Shown here: piece by piece, positions 28,779 through 39,564 of the stretch | Numbering within the stretch: position 1 is the stretch's first letter | Layout of the letters: each line of letters starts with the position of its first letter | DNA from: an uncultured virus (IMG/VR IMGVR_UViG_3300035181_002482) | Taxonomy: Duplodnaviria; Heunggongvirae; Uroviricota; Caudoviricetes | Strand: one strand, 5' to 3' | Virus record (IMG/VR): IMGVR_UViG_3300035181_002482 | DNA length: 64,000 bases | Made by a program: the position numbers and the translations under genes | The notes under the pieces: generated by a model | Seen by the model: only the letters and a program-made list of their open reading frames with translations | What the model was told of the DNA's origin: nothing | Database searches by the model: none

Positions 28779-29952
28779 CCCCTAAGCCCTCGCTCAGCGG
28801 GCGCACTCCCGCAAGGGCAGAATGCGATCGAATGACGCGATCGACAAGCTGGGAGAGCCCGCGGTTGAGGAAGGCCACGAGGATCTCGCCCGGGGCTGGA
28901 AGAATTCCGTGGTGAAGGCAGAGCGCGTTGGCAGCAACGTGGGTTCGATACCACCGGAGCGCATCCTCCCTGGCCACCGGGAGAGGCACACCACGGGAGG
29001 CCGTCATGCCCGCGAACGATTCGATATAGCGATACGGTAGCGGCTGATCCCCGATCAACTCGCTGCACTGCTTCACCAGCGCCTCGACGATGATCTCGCG
29101 GAGCTTGTCCCGATCCCTGCCCCGGTAGACGGAGATCATGGCAGCCTTCAGATCATCGACCGTGCGAACATCGACGCCCTTCGCCCCCACAAGCCGGAAG
29201 GCCGCTTGCTCGAGCCGTTCAGGTGTCTCATCGACCTTGCCCATCTGCGTCGCGAAGATTCCGATGATCCGTATGGGAACCTTCTTCTGTGTTCCATCGG
29301 TATTGTCGTACACGAATTCCGAGGGGCCCATCTTGGCCCCGATGAGCTGACGCCCCGGACCCTGGTTGATCTGCGGGGGCCGGAGATGCACCCGCTGCTG
29401 CGCGTTCTGCCCGGGGTACTGGATCACAAGGGTATCGCCGAGCTGCGCAGCCTCACCCTCCCCACGAGGCATCTCGAGCGGGTACGTCATCAGATACTCG
29501 TCGATCGTGTGGTTGATCTTCTCCTCCACCTCAGCCGGGGTGAGGACGCGGATCAAAGGCACGGCGAAGGAGGTGTCGAGATTGTACAGATCCGGCAGGG
29601 GGACACGGGTGAGCGGGATACCCGTTCCCACCACACGTCGATCGCCGTTCTCGAGCTTTTCGATCTGCATGGTGTCGTTGCTCAGCAGATAGCCACCGGT
29701 CTGCTCGAAATAGGATTCGGTGACGATGGCGACGGCCGGGACACGGAGGGCGGTGGCCTCGGGAGGGTCCTGGTTCTTCTGGATGAAATCGAAGGGATCG
29801 CCGGTGAAGGGAACACCGGCGATCGACTTTGGCCCCTCCCATTCGATATGATCGAGATAGTCCCTGGCGCGAGCCTCCCATTCTGCAGCGGGGACGGTGA
29901 TCTCGATGGTGACAGGAGCCAGCTGATTGGTGATCTTTGTCGGGAAGGGCAT
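28756..29952 (-). CDS. divergent trigger-factor-like chaperone
   Basis: IEITVPAAEW, LPDLYNL, LTPAEVEEKI, AAQLGDTLVIQY, QLIGAKMG, TVDDLKAAM in tig order. Confidence 0.6.
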   Translation of the reverse strand: MPFPTKITNQLAPVTIEITVPAAEWEARARDYLDHIEWEGPKSIAGVPFTGDPFDFIQKNQDPPEATALRVPAVAIVTESYFEQTGGYLLSNDTMQIEKLENGDRRVVGTGIPLTRVPLPDLYNLDTSFAVPLIRVLTPAEVEEKINHTIDEYLMTYPLEMPRGEGEAAQLGDTLVIQYPGQNAQQRVHLRPPQINQGPGRQLIGAKMGPSEFVYDNTDGTQKKVPIRIIGIFATQMGKVDETPERLEQAAFRLVGAKGVDVRTVDDLKAAMISVYRGRDRDKLREIIVEALVKQCSELIGDQPLPYRYIESFAGMTASRGVPLPVAREDALRWYRTHVAANALCLHHGILPAPGEILVAFLNRGLSQLVDRVIRSHSALAGVRPLSEGLGDVSHPRL

Positions 29953-29962
29953 CCCGACAAGG

Positions 29963-30883
29963 CTAGGGCTTGGCCTTCTCCTTCTTGGACTTCTTCTTCG
30001 CTTTCTTGACCTTGCGCTGGGGCATGAGCATCGCAAGGGTGCCGAAATCGCTGATAGGTACCCCGCGGGCCAGGGCCTTCCGAAGAGCCAATCGGCAGCT
30101 GGGCCAAGCCGCACCCGCCTCGAGATAGAGGCGCTTGGCCATGTCCTCGAAATCGACCTTCTTCACGTTGGCCATCTGCGCAAACACATGCTCAACAGCG
30201 TTAGGAGCGGTTGATCCCGTATTCTCTGCGATGATGGCGAGACCCTTCTCGTTGATGGTGCCCTTCTTTCGATAGTGAGCACCACACCCGAGGCTGTCGG
30301 CCATGAAGGTCATGTGAGCCTCGCCGAGTGTCTCATAGGCTGGAAAACGGTGATCCTCGAGTTCGGTGTCGATCCAGAGAGGACGACCCTCCCCCTTGAG
30401 GGGGTGAATAGGAGCATCGTAGGTACCAAGCCGGGTGACTAGCTTGATCGTGTCCAGGTTGTCTCGAGAGCCACCGGGAATCCTCCCAAACCCGAAGGCG
30501 TTGATATCATCGAAGAGGGGCTCAACGAAGACCGTAAAGCCAGCCTTGGGGCTATACTCGACCTTGGCGTAGCACTCGACCATCTGCCCATCATCGATCC
30601 AGGCACCGGGGGCAATGTGCGGCATCTTGAGCCCGACCTCCGGATTGAGCACGTCGGCCGCACCCTTGAGCAGGTTGTCGACATCGCGCCGTGTCCAGAT
30701 GGGGCTCTTGACGTGCAGCGAGAAGCTCACTGGACCGTCGATCTGCTCGCAGTTGAGCCTATCGCGGACCCGCTTCTTCCACTGGTAATAGCGATCAAGC
30801 TGACCGCCGGGCTTCACCCCGAAGCGGGACGTCGCCATCTGACGGGTATAGGGGAACGCATCGAAATCGAATTCGAGTCTCAT
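29963..30883 (-). CDS. RusA-like Holliday junction resolvase with C-terminal extension
   Basis: DVDNLLKGAADVL..WIDDGQMVE. Confidence 0.8.
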   Translation of the reverse strand: MRLEFDFDAFPYTRQMATSRFGVKPGGQLDRYYQWKKRVRDRLNCEQIDGPVSFSLHVKSPIWTRRDVDNLLKGAADVLNPEVGLKMPHIAPGAWIDDGQMVECYAKVEYSPKAGFTVFVEPLFDDINAFGFGRIPGGSRDNLDTIKLVTRLGTYDAPIHPLKGEGRPLWIDTELEDHRFPAYETLGEAHMTFMADSLGCGAHYRKKGTINEKGLAIIAENTGSTAPNAVEHVFAQMANVKKVDFEDMAKRLYLEAGAAWPSCRLALRKALARGVPISDFGTLAMLMPQRKVKKAKKKSKKEKAKP

Positions 30884-30899
30884 CCCCCCAGGATAACCA

Positions 30900-31457
30900 T
30901 CAGCCCATGACTGTCCGGATCACATCGCTCTGAAACGCCTCGAGCCCGCCCGTGTTGTGGATCACATGCGTAGACAGCCGCTCGGCCTCGGGGCTCCGGA
31001 TAAACGCCTCGCTCTCGTGCATGTCGCCATCGTCCATGTCGGGGCGGCGGATCATGATGATCGGGATGTTCATACGCTGCAAGGCGAGCATCTCCTCGGG
31101 GTGCCGCGTATCCGGGATGACGATCCACGTCGAATCGGACAGGGTGCGGCGCTGCTCGGCCATGTTGTCGAGGAGGATGTTGATCCATGCGTAAGGATTC
31201 ACCTTGCGCACCGACTCACCAGTGGCCTTGAGAAAATCACGCGCGGTGATCTTCATGATGGGATGTTCCCAACTCCGCATCTCCGAAGGTCCGAAGAGAA
31301 CGTCGTGAGGGAAACCGATAGCCTTGGCCATCTGCTTGATCGGATCAGCCCACGAGATCTGCACGATCGACGCGACCCCGCGAAGTGCGCGCTCAGCCGT
31401 ACTCTTCCCCGAGTTCTTGTTGCCAGCGAAGGCGATGACGCGATGCATTCGCGTCAT
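30900..31457 (-). CDS. deoxynucleoside monophosphate kinase
   Basis: AGNKNSGKST, WADPIK, TARDFLK..GE, IPDTRHPEE, HESE. Confidence 0.88.
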   Translation of the reverse strand: MTRMHRVIAFAGNKNSGKSTAERALRGVASIVQISWADPIKQMAKAIGFPHDVLFGPSEMRSWEHPIMKITARDFLKATGESVRKVNPYAWINILLDNMAEQRRTLSDSTWIVIPDTRHPEEMLALQRMNIPIIMIRRPDMDDGDMHESEAFIRSPEAERLSTHVIHNTGGLEAFQSDVIRTVMG

Positions 31458-31478
31458 CGTAGGGTTTCCCCTTCGCTC

Positions 31479-32243
31479 TCAGGGGGAAGGAAACATCACC
31501 ACAGCCGGCGGCGCAGAACGGATGCCGCAAACCCCGCCAAGAGTGAGACCGACCCGGTGCCAACGCCGGCTGTGGTGACAGCCGGGAGCTAAGGGGGCGG
31601 GGGCTACCAACTCCGCAAGCAGCATGGGCCGGGGCATGGAGGGCACGGGGCGGGCATAGTACCAGGAGCGGAAGGCTGCCACCCTTTTCCGGGAGATCTC
31701 TCCGCCCTTGGTGCAGCTGCCGGAGGCGTACAGCCGGAGCGCATCCTCCTCCTTCCCGCCGCACGAGCCCCAGCTGGAACGCAGCGCCCGGAGCCCCGCC
31801 CGGAAGCAGTTCTTGCGATCCCGGAGCTGCTCGACCGTGAACGACTCCGGTGCCTCGGTATCCGAACGGCGCCAGGGACGCTTCTTGGCGACGTTCCACG
31901 GGGCGCTGTGTCCCTTGTGGGTCATGATCTGCATAAGGCAGTGTGAGCGACCACCGTCTTCCTCGCCCTTCGACAGTCGCTCCTTCCTGTTGAGATCAAG
32001 ATCGATATCAACCCGGAAACCCTCGCCCTCGAAGGAGGCAATCGCGATCCCGAGGAAGGCGGTTGCTGCCCGCCCGTTGGGGCCACTGATCACGGATGCC
32101 TCCTTGGGATCGAAGGCTACCTCGACCATATCCGTTGCGATAGCGGTGATCCGCACATCACGCTGATCCTTGGTCTCGTGCTTCGAGGGCTGATAGGGCA
32201 AAGTCAGCATGAAGGACACGAGCCAGGCGATGATCGTATTCAT
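31479..32243 (-). CDS. possible lysozyme-like (SLT-fold) protein
   Basis: Hydrophobic N-terminus; IAIASFE, GGRSHCLMQI, LYASGSC. Confidence 0.55.
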   Translation of the reverse strand: MNTIIAWLVSFMLTLPYQPSKHETKDQRDVRITAIATDMVEVAFDPKEASVISGPNGRAATAFLGIAIASFEGEGFRVDIDLDLNRKERLSKGEEDGGRSHCLMQIMTHKGHSAPWNVAKKRPWRRSDTEAPESFTVEQLRDRKNCFRAGLRALRSSWGSCGGKEEDALRLYASGSCTKGGEISRKRVAAFRSWYYARPVPSMPRPMLLAELVAPAPLAPGCHHSRRWHRVGLTLGGVCGIRSAPPAVVMFPSP

Positions 32244-32284
32244 GGGGGGCTGGTTCTAAGCAGGACCAGCACCAAGGTCAACCA

Positions 32285-32614
32285 TCAACCTCTCGAGAAT
32301 GCCTTGGTGATGGCCTTCTTCAGCTCATTCGGAACCAGGGCATAGATCCCAGCGAGATAATCCTTGCCCTTCGGGGCCCCGAGGATCTCCCCGATCGTCT
32401 GATGAGCAAAGGGACCGTTGTGGATGATCACCCGATCCCCATCAATCTCGAATTCGATCGAGGCCGCGCGCCGGAGGTAAGGTGCGGCATCATTGGCGAG
32501 CTTGGGCTTGTTCGCTTTCACCTCCTTCGCGGTGTCGATCAGCGTGGGAACGACCATGGGGTTCGCGGCTGCCGCTTGCCCCTTGGCATCTTTAGGTTTT
32601 CTTCTCATGCTCAT
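32285..32614 (-). CDS. hypothetical protein
   Basis: Likely start MSMRRK. Confidence 0.65.
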   Translation of the reverse strand: MSMRRKPKDAKGQAAAANPMVVPTLIDTAKEVKANKPKLANDAAPYLRRAASIEFEIDGDRVIIHNGPFAHQTIGEILGAPKGKDYLAGIYALVPNELKKAITKAFSRG

Positions 32615-34643
32615 CGGTGATGATGATAGACTGTCCTTTCGTCTTTTCAATGATCCAACGTGCATCGAATGCAATCTCCGATACACCCTGAGCATGGCTG
32701 ACGACGATGATGGTCCGACCCGGAGCGCGAAGGGATTCGATCACCTGAGCCGCCAGCATGGTCGTCCGGCTATCGGCATAGCCAAGCATCTCGTCGAGGA
32801 TGAGGAGCCCGCTGCCCTTGCCGTTATCGATGGCAAGCTGCCACAGGGCTAGCAGGAGGCAGAAGGCGATGATGGTGCTCTCGCCTCCGCTGTGAAGGTA
32901 GAGCGGGATCTTGCCACGATCGGAGTCGTCAACCACTAGCTCGATCTCCGGTACGGCCTCGCCCTTCTTGGTGGTCTTCATGAGCGTCATGCTCACCCGG
33001 AGCGATGGATCGAACATCGATAGAAGCTTGTCCAGGTTGGCGTTGATGCGATCAACCTCTTGCGAGAGGAGCCATGTCTTGAGGCCCTTATCGCCGAAGT
33101 GCTGCATCAGGTATTGATACTCGGCCTCGGCAAGTACCCATTCGGGGAGCACAGAATCGATATCAGTAAGGTAACCCCGAAGTGTAGCAGCCTGCTGATG
33201 GCGCTCCCGTGTTTGGGCAAGGATGGTGAGCTGTTGCAATTCGATGTTGCCAGCATGAGCGTGCTGCGCCTCGAGCTGCTGCAAGCGCGTCCGCGCCCCA
33301 GCTAGATGGTTATCGATGTCGTTGAGCTGCACATACGGAGGTAGGGCAGCCTGCGCTTCGTGCTCCGCATCGGCGGCGACCTTGACAGCATCACGTTCCT
33401 CGTCCTCCTTGGCCTCAAGCACATCGAGTGTATGGCTGAGAGACCGGAGTTGATCGAGATAGGACGCCGCAGCCTCGCGTACCTTGATATCGAGATCACT
33501 CTCGAGAGCGTGAAGGCGGGATACAAGCTCAGCGATCTTCGCTTCCCGTTGCTCACGCGGAAGCGATTGCCCGCACAGCGGACAGCCCGTGGTTGCCTCC
33601 TGCAGGACGAGCGCCTCACGGGCTGCGCATACCGGGCCATCCCCGGGCACCTGGAGGCAGCAGGCGCACAGCTGGGCCTCGGCCTGTTGCCTCGCCGCCT
33701 TGGCCTCCTGAAAGCGCCCCTGGGCCTCCTGCAGCGCCCGCCCGAGCGTGTTCCGGATCTCGGTCTCCCTGGCCAACCTGGGAGCGCCGCCCGCCTGCAG
33801 CTGCGCCCGTTGCTCGGCCATCGATTCAACAATCGATCGCTGCGCCGTGATGAGCGTGGCGTGCGTTGCCTTGCTCTCCCCCGCCTCCTTGACGCGGGTC
33901 TCCGCCATCGCAAGGTCAGCATCAGTGGGCACCACCAGCTGCCCCAGCATCGTCACATAGGCCGAACGCTTCGCGGTGAGGGTCTGCACCCTACCCCTGG
34001 CAGTATCACGCTCGACCTTCGCCTTCTCCGCCGCCACATCCCAGGAGGTAAACCCGAGCATGTCGGATAGGACCGCCATGCGCTTACTGTGTCCACCCTT
34101 GATGAAATCGAAGCCCTGCCCCTGGGCAAGGTACGTGACCGCCGTGTAACGCTCGAAGCTCATACCTAGAACGTCGATGAGCTTCTTCCGGGTGTTGATC
34201 ATCTCAGCGCAACGCTCATCGATCCATCGATCATCGATCGCATCGTATCGCTCGAGATAAAGATCTGTGCCAGCGTAGGGGTACAGATCCGGGTGATCGT
34301 TGATGTATGGACAGGATCCCTTGGCCTTGCGTGCCAACGTGGCTCGCCAGAGGCGCTGGACATCATCTTCGAAGACCACCCGGGGACGGCAACCATTCGT
34401 CGATCCCCAGGTAACAACGTCATCGTTAGCGTTGCCCACCTCGCCACCGATGACGGTGATGATCTTTCCGAAGAGCACGAGGCATATCGTATTGAAGAGA
34501 TACGTCTTGCCGACTGCGTTCGCAGAGTTCTCTTTGTCATGGTTGATCCCCTCAAGAAGGACCAAACCCCGGCCCTCCATGTTGATGGAGCCAGGGTTTG
34601 CAAAGGGGCCGACCCCGTGGGGGCAAACACTCACGATCCGCAT
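32592..34643 (-). CDS. sbcC: SbcC/Rad50-like ATPase
   Basis: NAVGKT, YLAQG, coiled coil, CPLCGQ hook, HSGGE, LILDE, VSH. Confidence 0.9.
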   Translation of the reverse strand: MRIVSVCPHGVGPFANPGSINMEGRGLVLLEGINHDKENSANAVGKTYLFNTICLVLFGKIITVIGGEVGNANDDVVTWGSTNGCRPRVVFEDDVQRLWRATLARKAKGSCPYINDHPDLYPYAGTDLYLERYDAIDDRWIDERCAEMINTRKKLIDVLGMSFERYTAVTYLAQGQGFDFIKGGHSKRMAVLSDMLGFTSWDVAAEKAKVERDTARGRVQTLTAKRSAYVTMLGQLVVPTDADLAMAETRVKEAGESKATHATLITAQRSIVESMAEQRAQLQAGGAPRLARETEIRNTLGRALQEAQGRFQEAKAARQQAEAQLCACCLQVPGDGPVCAAREALVLQEATTGCPLCGQSLPREQREAKIAELVSRLHALESDLDIKVREAAASYLDQLRSLSHTLDVLEAKEDEERDAVKVAADAEHEAQAALPPYVQLNDIDNHLAGARTRLQQLEAQHAHAGNIELQQLTILAQTRERHQQAATLRGYLTDIDSVLPEWVLAEAEYQYLMQHFGDKGLKTWLLSQEVDRINANLDKLLSMFDPSLRVSMTLMKTTKKGEAVPEIELVVDDSDRGKIPLYLHSGGESTIIAFCLLLALWQLAIDNGKGSGLLILDEMLGYADSRTTMLAAQVIESLRAPGRTIIVVSHAQGVSEIAFDARWIIEKTKGQSIIITDEHEKKT

Positions 34644-34660
34644 CGTGAAAGGATAAGCAC

Positions 34661-37600
34661 TCAGCCCGCAGCTTCAACCTTCTGCTCCGAGAAGATCGAA
34701 GGGAAACTCTCGGGGCTCTCAAGGGCAGGAGGTGCCTCCGGTGTGATCGCGATCGTCTCGGGAACGATCGCGATCACACCGGAGAGCATGTTCCGCAGGG
34801 GCTCCATCACGATATCGATCAGCTCGTCGCCGAGGACCGCCATACCCTCGACACGCATTTCCCGGGCGATGCGATTCACAAGATCGGGGCGGGGCAGGAG
34901 GGGCGCCGCGTTCGAGGTCAGGATGCCGCCGAGGAGGCTCACGACCGCCTGGCCCGTCTCGGTCTGGAGCACATGGAGCACGATCTCGCCGGCCTCCTTC
35001 GAGAGCCCATGCGTGAGCGCCGCCGCCAGCCCGGCTGCCGTGATCTTCACGCCCTGCTTGGCGCCGACCCGGAGGGCAACCTCCTCCGCCGTGGTGAGCT
35101 TGCGCGGGGCCTGCAGGTCCGTGTAGCGCGTCTGCGGCGGGATCGCGGGATTCAGGTTCTTGTTCCCGATGCCCGATCTCACCCGACCCAACGCAGCGTT
35201 GGCAGCCGCTGCGGTGCTCGTAACCCTGCCACCAAGAGGCGCTACCTCCCCGTTCTGCACCTTCCTGTAAGCCCGTTGCACCTGATCGTCGGTGAGCATC
35301 ACGAGCCATTCCCTCGTATCCTTCGAGAGTTTCTCAAGCTCGATGTCGCTGCGGTGATGGCTCCCTGCCGCCATGTATTCGAAGGCCGCAGGGAAATCCT
35401 TCAGCATGTCAGCGAGCATCTGGGGGAGGTCTTTCCCGTCGCCCATGCTGAGGAAGCCGCTCCGGGAGATGCGCCGATGCACGCGCTCGAAGAACTGCTC
35501 CCACACCGCGGAGCGGTCAGCATCGCTGTAAGAGTGCTGGGTTGCGGCGTTCGGCCAGAGCTGGCACAGCTCGCTGTGGATCATCCCGCTGATCTGCGTC
35601 ACCGGGAAGCGGGCGTCGAACAGCGCGACCGGATCTCCGTCGCTCCGGGCCTGATGCTCGAGAAAGCGCTCGAGCTTGGTGAGGTAAGCCATCCCGGCCG
35701 ATGATTCGAGCATCCTCGCTTCGAAGCGCCCCCGCGCGTACCGAAGGAAGCCCAGCGCCTGATCCGTGTCCAGTTTCGTTTCGTCAGCCATCTGCATCTC
35801 CTCGCTGGACAACCTAACATCGGCAACAGGATTGTCAACCTTGTCTTTCGGAGTGAAACGCTTCGCCTCCGTCTTGGAGGGCTTCGGGGCAGGTGCCGGG
35901 GGAAATGCGGGGGCGGGTGCAGGGGTTTCGATCGTCTCCGTGCTCTCCTCGGCAGCGAACAGGCGCTTGGCAAACTCGATGGGGAGCCAATCCCTGATGC
36001 CCTCCACGACAGCAAAGGTGGCGTTGATACCAACAGTCTCCTTGAGACACCAGGCACAGGTGCCGGCATAGCCCGCGAGCGGCCCGATGATGCCCGCCCA
36101 AGTAGCGTCGAGCATCCGATTCTTGGGATCACGCTGCATACGGACGGTGTTGTTGTAAAACGCAACGATGTCCAGGGCCTTGCTGACGCTGATACGACCG
36201 TTGAGGGGGTCGATCCCGACGTCCCTGAGAAGCTGGTGAATCTCCTTCTTCGGAAGCTCGTCCGGGTGAAGGATCAACATCATCACGTCGTTATCGGCAC
36301 CAGTTGCAAGATCGGGAACGTCCGTGACAAGGTTAGCTGCCAGCGCGTCGACCCCGATCTCCCTCTCGAGGGCCTCCTTGATGTTCTCGATGGGCGTAGG
36401 GCCGACATAGGTGCTGTCCTTGAACCACGCATCAACGTGAGCGCTGATAACCGACTTCACGGTCTGCGACAGGATGACCCGGTTCCGCGGATCACCCATC
36501 GCCACTGGATTCTCGAAGAAAGGGATCATGTCGACCATGATCCCTACCCTGATGCACTGCATCAGGTCATAAATACGGGCAACGTTGTTGCCGGGCATCG
36601 GGACGAACCTAATCATCAGCTCCCGAGCCGGTGATAGATCAACGCTCGAAAGGATATCCGCGGATACCTCCCCGCACCAATCCTCGATCACGTTGAGCAC
36701 GAACTGCCTTCGCTTGGTCGATGCTGGCTTGCCATCGATCATCAGCTTGATCGATTCAGCAATGTACTGAACGATCACCTCGACCTGCCCGAGGACGGAG
36801 GAGTCAACCTCTCTGCTCAGAGCAACCTCGTGTGTACCCGCGGCAAGGAGGGCAAAGACCCTGGCGAGCTTCGTCTCGACATAGGTGCGATCGATGTCAC
36901 CGGTGATAAGCCCGTGCTTGATAGCCGTGTTGAGTTCGTCCGTGCGGTGCCAGTCGACGACTCGTTTCTCGCGAGAGTAAATGTTGACGTGCTGGCTGGT
37001 GGTCACTGGCTTCTCCTTACTTTTCACAGCACTCTTGGTGAGCGCTCCCTTCTTGGCGAGATCCGCGATCTCCATCGTCTCGATACTCTTGTTGCTAGCC
37101 TTGAAGACGTGAGCATCCTCGATCCGCATGATAGGCTCGATGCCGATCATCTGCTTACCTTGATCGAGGATAGCCTGAGCTTTGTCGCCGAAGCCCTTGG
37201 AGCAGTAGATGTTGGAGGCAATCCGGAACCCGATGTCGATCTGCGTCAGGTGCCCGATGTACTTCGATGGGTCGGGATAGGTGTTGCGATAGAAGGTCTC
37301 ATATTTCTCATAGGGGGTGCGGATCGCCTCCATGAGGATCGCATACATCGAGTGATCCGGGATACGCCCCGTCGTCCGGATACCTTGGAACCAATCGCGG
37401 ATCGCCTGGATGCAGCGTATCTCGGCGAGTTGCTCGAACTTCTCGCGCTCCACCTTGCGCTCTGCCTCCGTAAGCGCAGGCTCTAGCTCGCAGAGCATCT
37501 TGTCGAAGGCAACGGAGATATGTTCGAGATCGATCGCTGCCTCGGCATCCTCCTGCAACTTTGCGAGCTGGAAGAGCTTCGATTCTTCGATCGTGGGAGG

Positions 37601-38364
37601 CGTGCTCGGCTGGGCTACGTCTTGCTTGAAACAATCGTGATAGCTGTTGCCGCCGCCGTAAGCGAGCTGGGCAAGGTATGCGTAGCCGTAACTTCGCTTC
37701 CCGAAGGGGACCTCCCCGAGGATCGATGGAAGATCCATGATCAAGGTACGCACAGCCTCGAGATGCTGCGGAGTGCTATTCCGGAAGGTCGGACGCTCGA
37801 GGGCCTCGTGCATCAACTTTTCGAGCTTGGCGATAAGCTGACGCTCGAGCCCGAGAAGCGCATCCGCCGGGGCGATGGCTGCTTCGTTCGCCATCTCGAA
37901 GGCTTCAGTGAGAACAACCCGACAAATGTCGTCAATCTCGTGCTGTGTACCCGCGTACCCGGAGATCGATGAGCGCAAACTCCAGAGCGGGGTAAGGTAC
38001 GAGTGCAGATGCACGTTGAGCGCGGTATGGACGTCGTCATAGCGCGCGTTGCGGAGCTGCTCCTCGGTCGGCATGGAGTAAGGGATCTCAGGGGTCGGGG
38101 CAATAGGCAAGGGTTCCTCCTTCGGGGCAAGCTTCGGTTTGGCTAGCGGCTTGATGTAATGTCGTTCGATGATATCGTGATGGTAGGGGACGATGTTGCC
38201 GCACACGATGCAGAAGTCATTCGCGCAGACCGGGCACTCGTCGGAGGGGCAGGGAACCTGGAGCTTGAAGGTTGCCCCGTTCCGTACCCCTCCATGATGA
38301 CGATATCTTCACTGGGAACGGCGGGGTTATCGGCAATCGTGAACGAGGTAAACTGGTCGGCCAT
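34661..38364 (-). CDS. very large hypothetical protein; 1-nt frameshift near 38288
   Basis: MADQFTSF start joins the 1181-aa frame (ATFKLQVPCPSDECPVC) if one G is added to the GGGG run. Confidence 0.7.
35811..35838 (-). promoter_or_regulatory. intragenic promoter TTGACA-N16-TAGGTT followed by GAGGAG and in-frame ATG
   Basis: Full motif inside the long ORF. Confidence 0.75.
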
Positions 38365-38427
38365 GGTGCCCCTGAATGAGAACGCCCCGGGAGGATAGCC
38401 CGGGGCGATATCGATCACCAGGCGATG

Positions 38428-38910
38428 TTACTTCTTCGCCTGGTCGCCCTGGTGATCCGGCGTGAAGGTGGCGTCGACAACCTTCCCCTCTGGCAGGGAT
38501 TGCTGGCTGACGCCCTGATCGATCTGCCGGAGGGTCTCGCCGATCTTCTGGTCAGCGAGCGCCGTCACGAGCAGCTGGCGCATCGGGGCCATGATGGCAT
38601 CGGCGACGGTGTCCCCGGCATCGGTGAGGGCCTGCACACGAAGCTCGCGGGTGAGGATGGGCACGGCGGTCTTGAGCGAATCCGGGAGCGGGAGGGTGTC
38701 GAGCCCGAAGGCCATCGTCCCGGCGAACATTGCCTTGCCGACGTCGGTGTTGAGGAACCTGGCGACCTTGGCGCGAAATTCAGGGCTGTCATCCCCGAGG
38801 CCCCGTGCGAGCATGGCGGTGAACGGCTCCTGGGTGAGCTTGCGGAGCTGCCTCACCCCGGTACGGGTGGCGGCGTCAACGGCTTCAGACTTGTTTGGTA
38901 GGCCCTTCAT
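38428..38910 (-). CDS. hypothetical protein, paralogous to the C-terminus of the long ORF
   Basis: LTRELRVQAL..GD...DAIMAPMRQLL versus IAREMRVEGM..GD...DIVMEPLRNML. Confidence 0.8.
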   Translation of the reverse strand: MKGLPNKSEAVDAATRTGVRQLRKLTQEPFTAMLARGLGDDSPEFRAKVARFLNTDVGKAMFAGTMAFGLDTLPLPDSLKTAVPILTRELRVQALTDAGDTVADAIMAPMRQLLVTALADQKIGETLRQIDQGVSQQSLPEGKVVDATFTPDHQGDQAKK

Positions 38911-38916
38911 ACCGTC

Positions 38917-38944
38917 AACCTAACTCCTGGTAAGGGTGTGTCAA
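38917..38944 (-). promoter_or_regulatory. promoter TTGACA-N16-TAGGTT
   Basis: Repeated motif; ATG 6 nt downstream. Confidence 0.85.
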
Positions 38945-38948
38945 GGTC

Positions 38949-39548
38949 TCACTTGACCTTACCAGCCTTCCGGTACGCCTCGATCTGAAGGTGCGACAGG
39001 CTCGGAGTCGGGCCGCGTTGCCCCTGATAGTGGCTATCGGCGCCGCCGTAGGGCTTCACCTCACCTTCGATAGCGTGCCACCGCAGCTGCCCGATCGCCA
39101 TGCCCGCATACACCCTGGTCGGATGGATGACCGTGATCTCGAGGGTAACCTGGCCGATAAACCCTGGATCGATGAAACCGGCGCACTGATGCACCGAGAT
39201 CCCTAGCCGGCCCAGGCTCGACTTGCCATCGAACACGCAGGCGTGATGATGGGATGCGGCAACCTCGATCGTGCTCGCCAGGTAGAGGTGCCACGGATAG
39301 AGGATCATCCCTTTCTCGGAGATCTCCCTTGTGTATGTCGGAGTCGGCTTCGCGACATCGATCACAGGCACTTGATCGCCGCTGATGATCATCCCCGGTG
39401 AAGGCTCAGACTCCGGGCGAAGCTCGAGGATGGTCGATCCCAGCCGCACATCGTAACTCGCCTCGCGGAGCTGATCAGGATCGAAGGGCTCGATGCTGAT
39501 CAGCCCGCTCTTGAGATAGCCCTGGATCGCATCATGGGTGAGGATCAT
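38949..39548 (-). CDS. dcd: dCTP deaminase
   Basis: ASYDVRLG, GKSSLGRLG, AGFIDPGFIGQVTLEI, YQGQRGPTPS. Confidence 0.93.
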   Translation of the reverse strand: MILTHDAIQGYLKSGLISIEPFDPDQLREASYDVRLGSTILELRPESEPSPGMIISGDQVPVIDVAKPTPTYTREISEKGMILYPWHLYLASTIEVAASHHHACVFDGKSSLGRLGISVHQCAGFIDPGFIGQVTLEITVIHPTRVYAGMAIGQLRWHAIEGEVKPYGGADSHYQGQRGPTPSLSHLQIEAYRKAGKVK

Positions 39549-39564
39549 CACCCAAGGATAGCGA

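Noticed and set aside
38280..38295. Programmed frameshift at the start of the long ORF
   Set aside because: No slippery heptamer; a single-base loss in a G run is better explained by error or mutation
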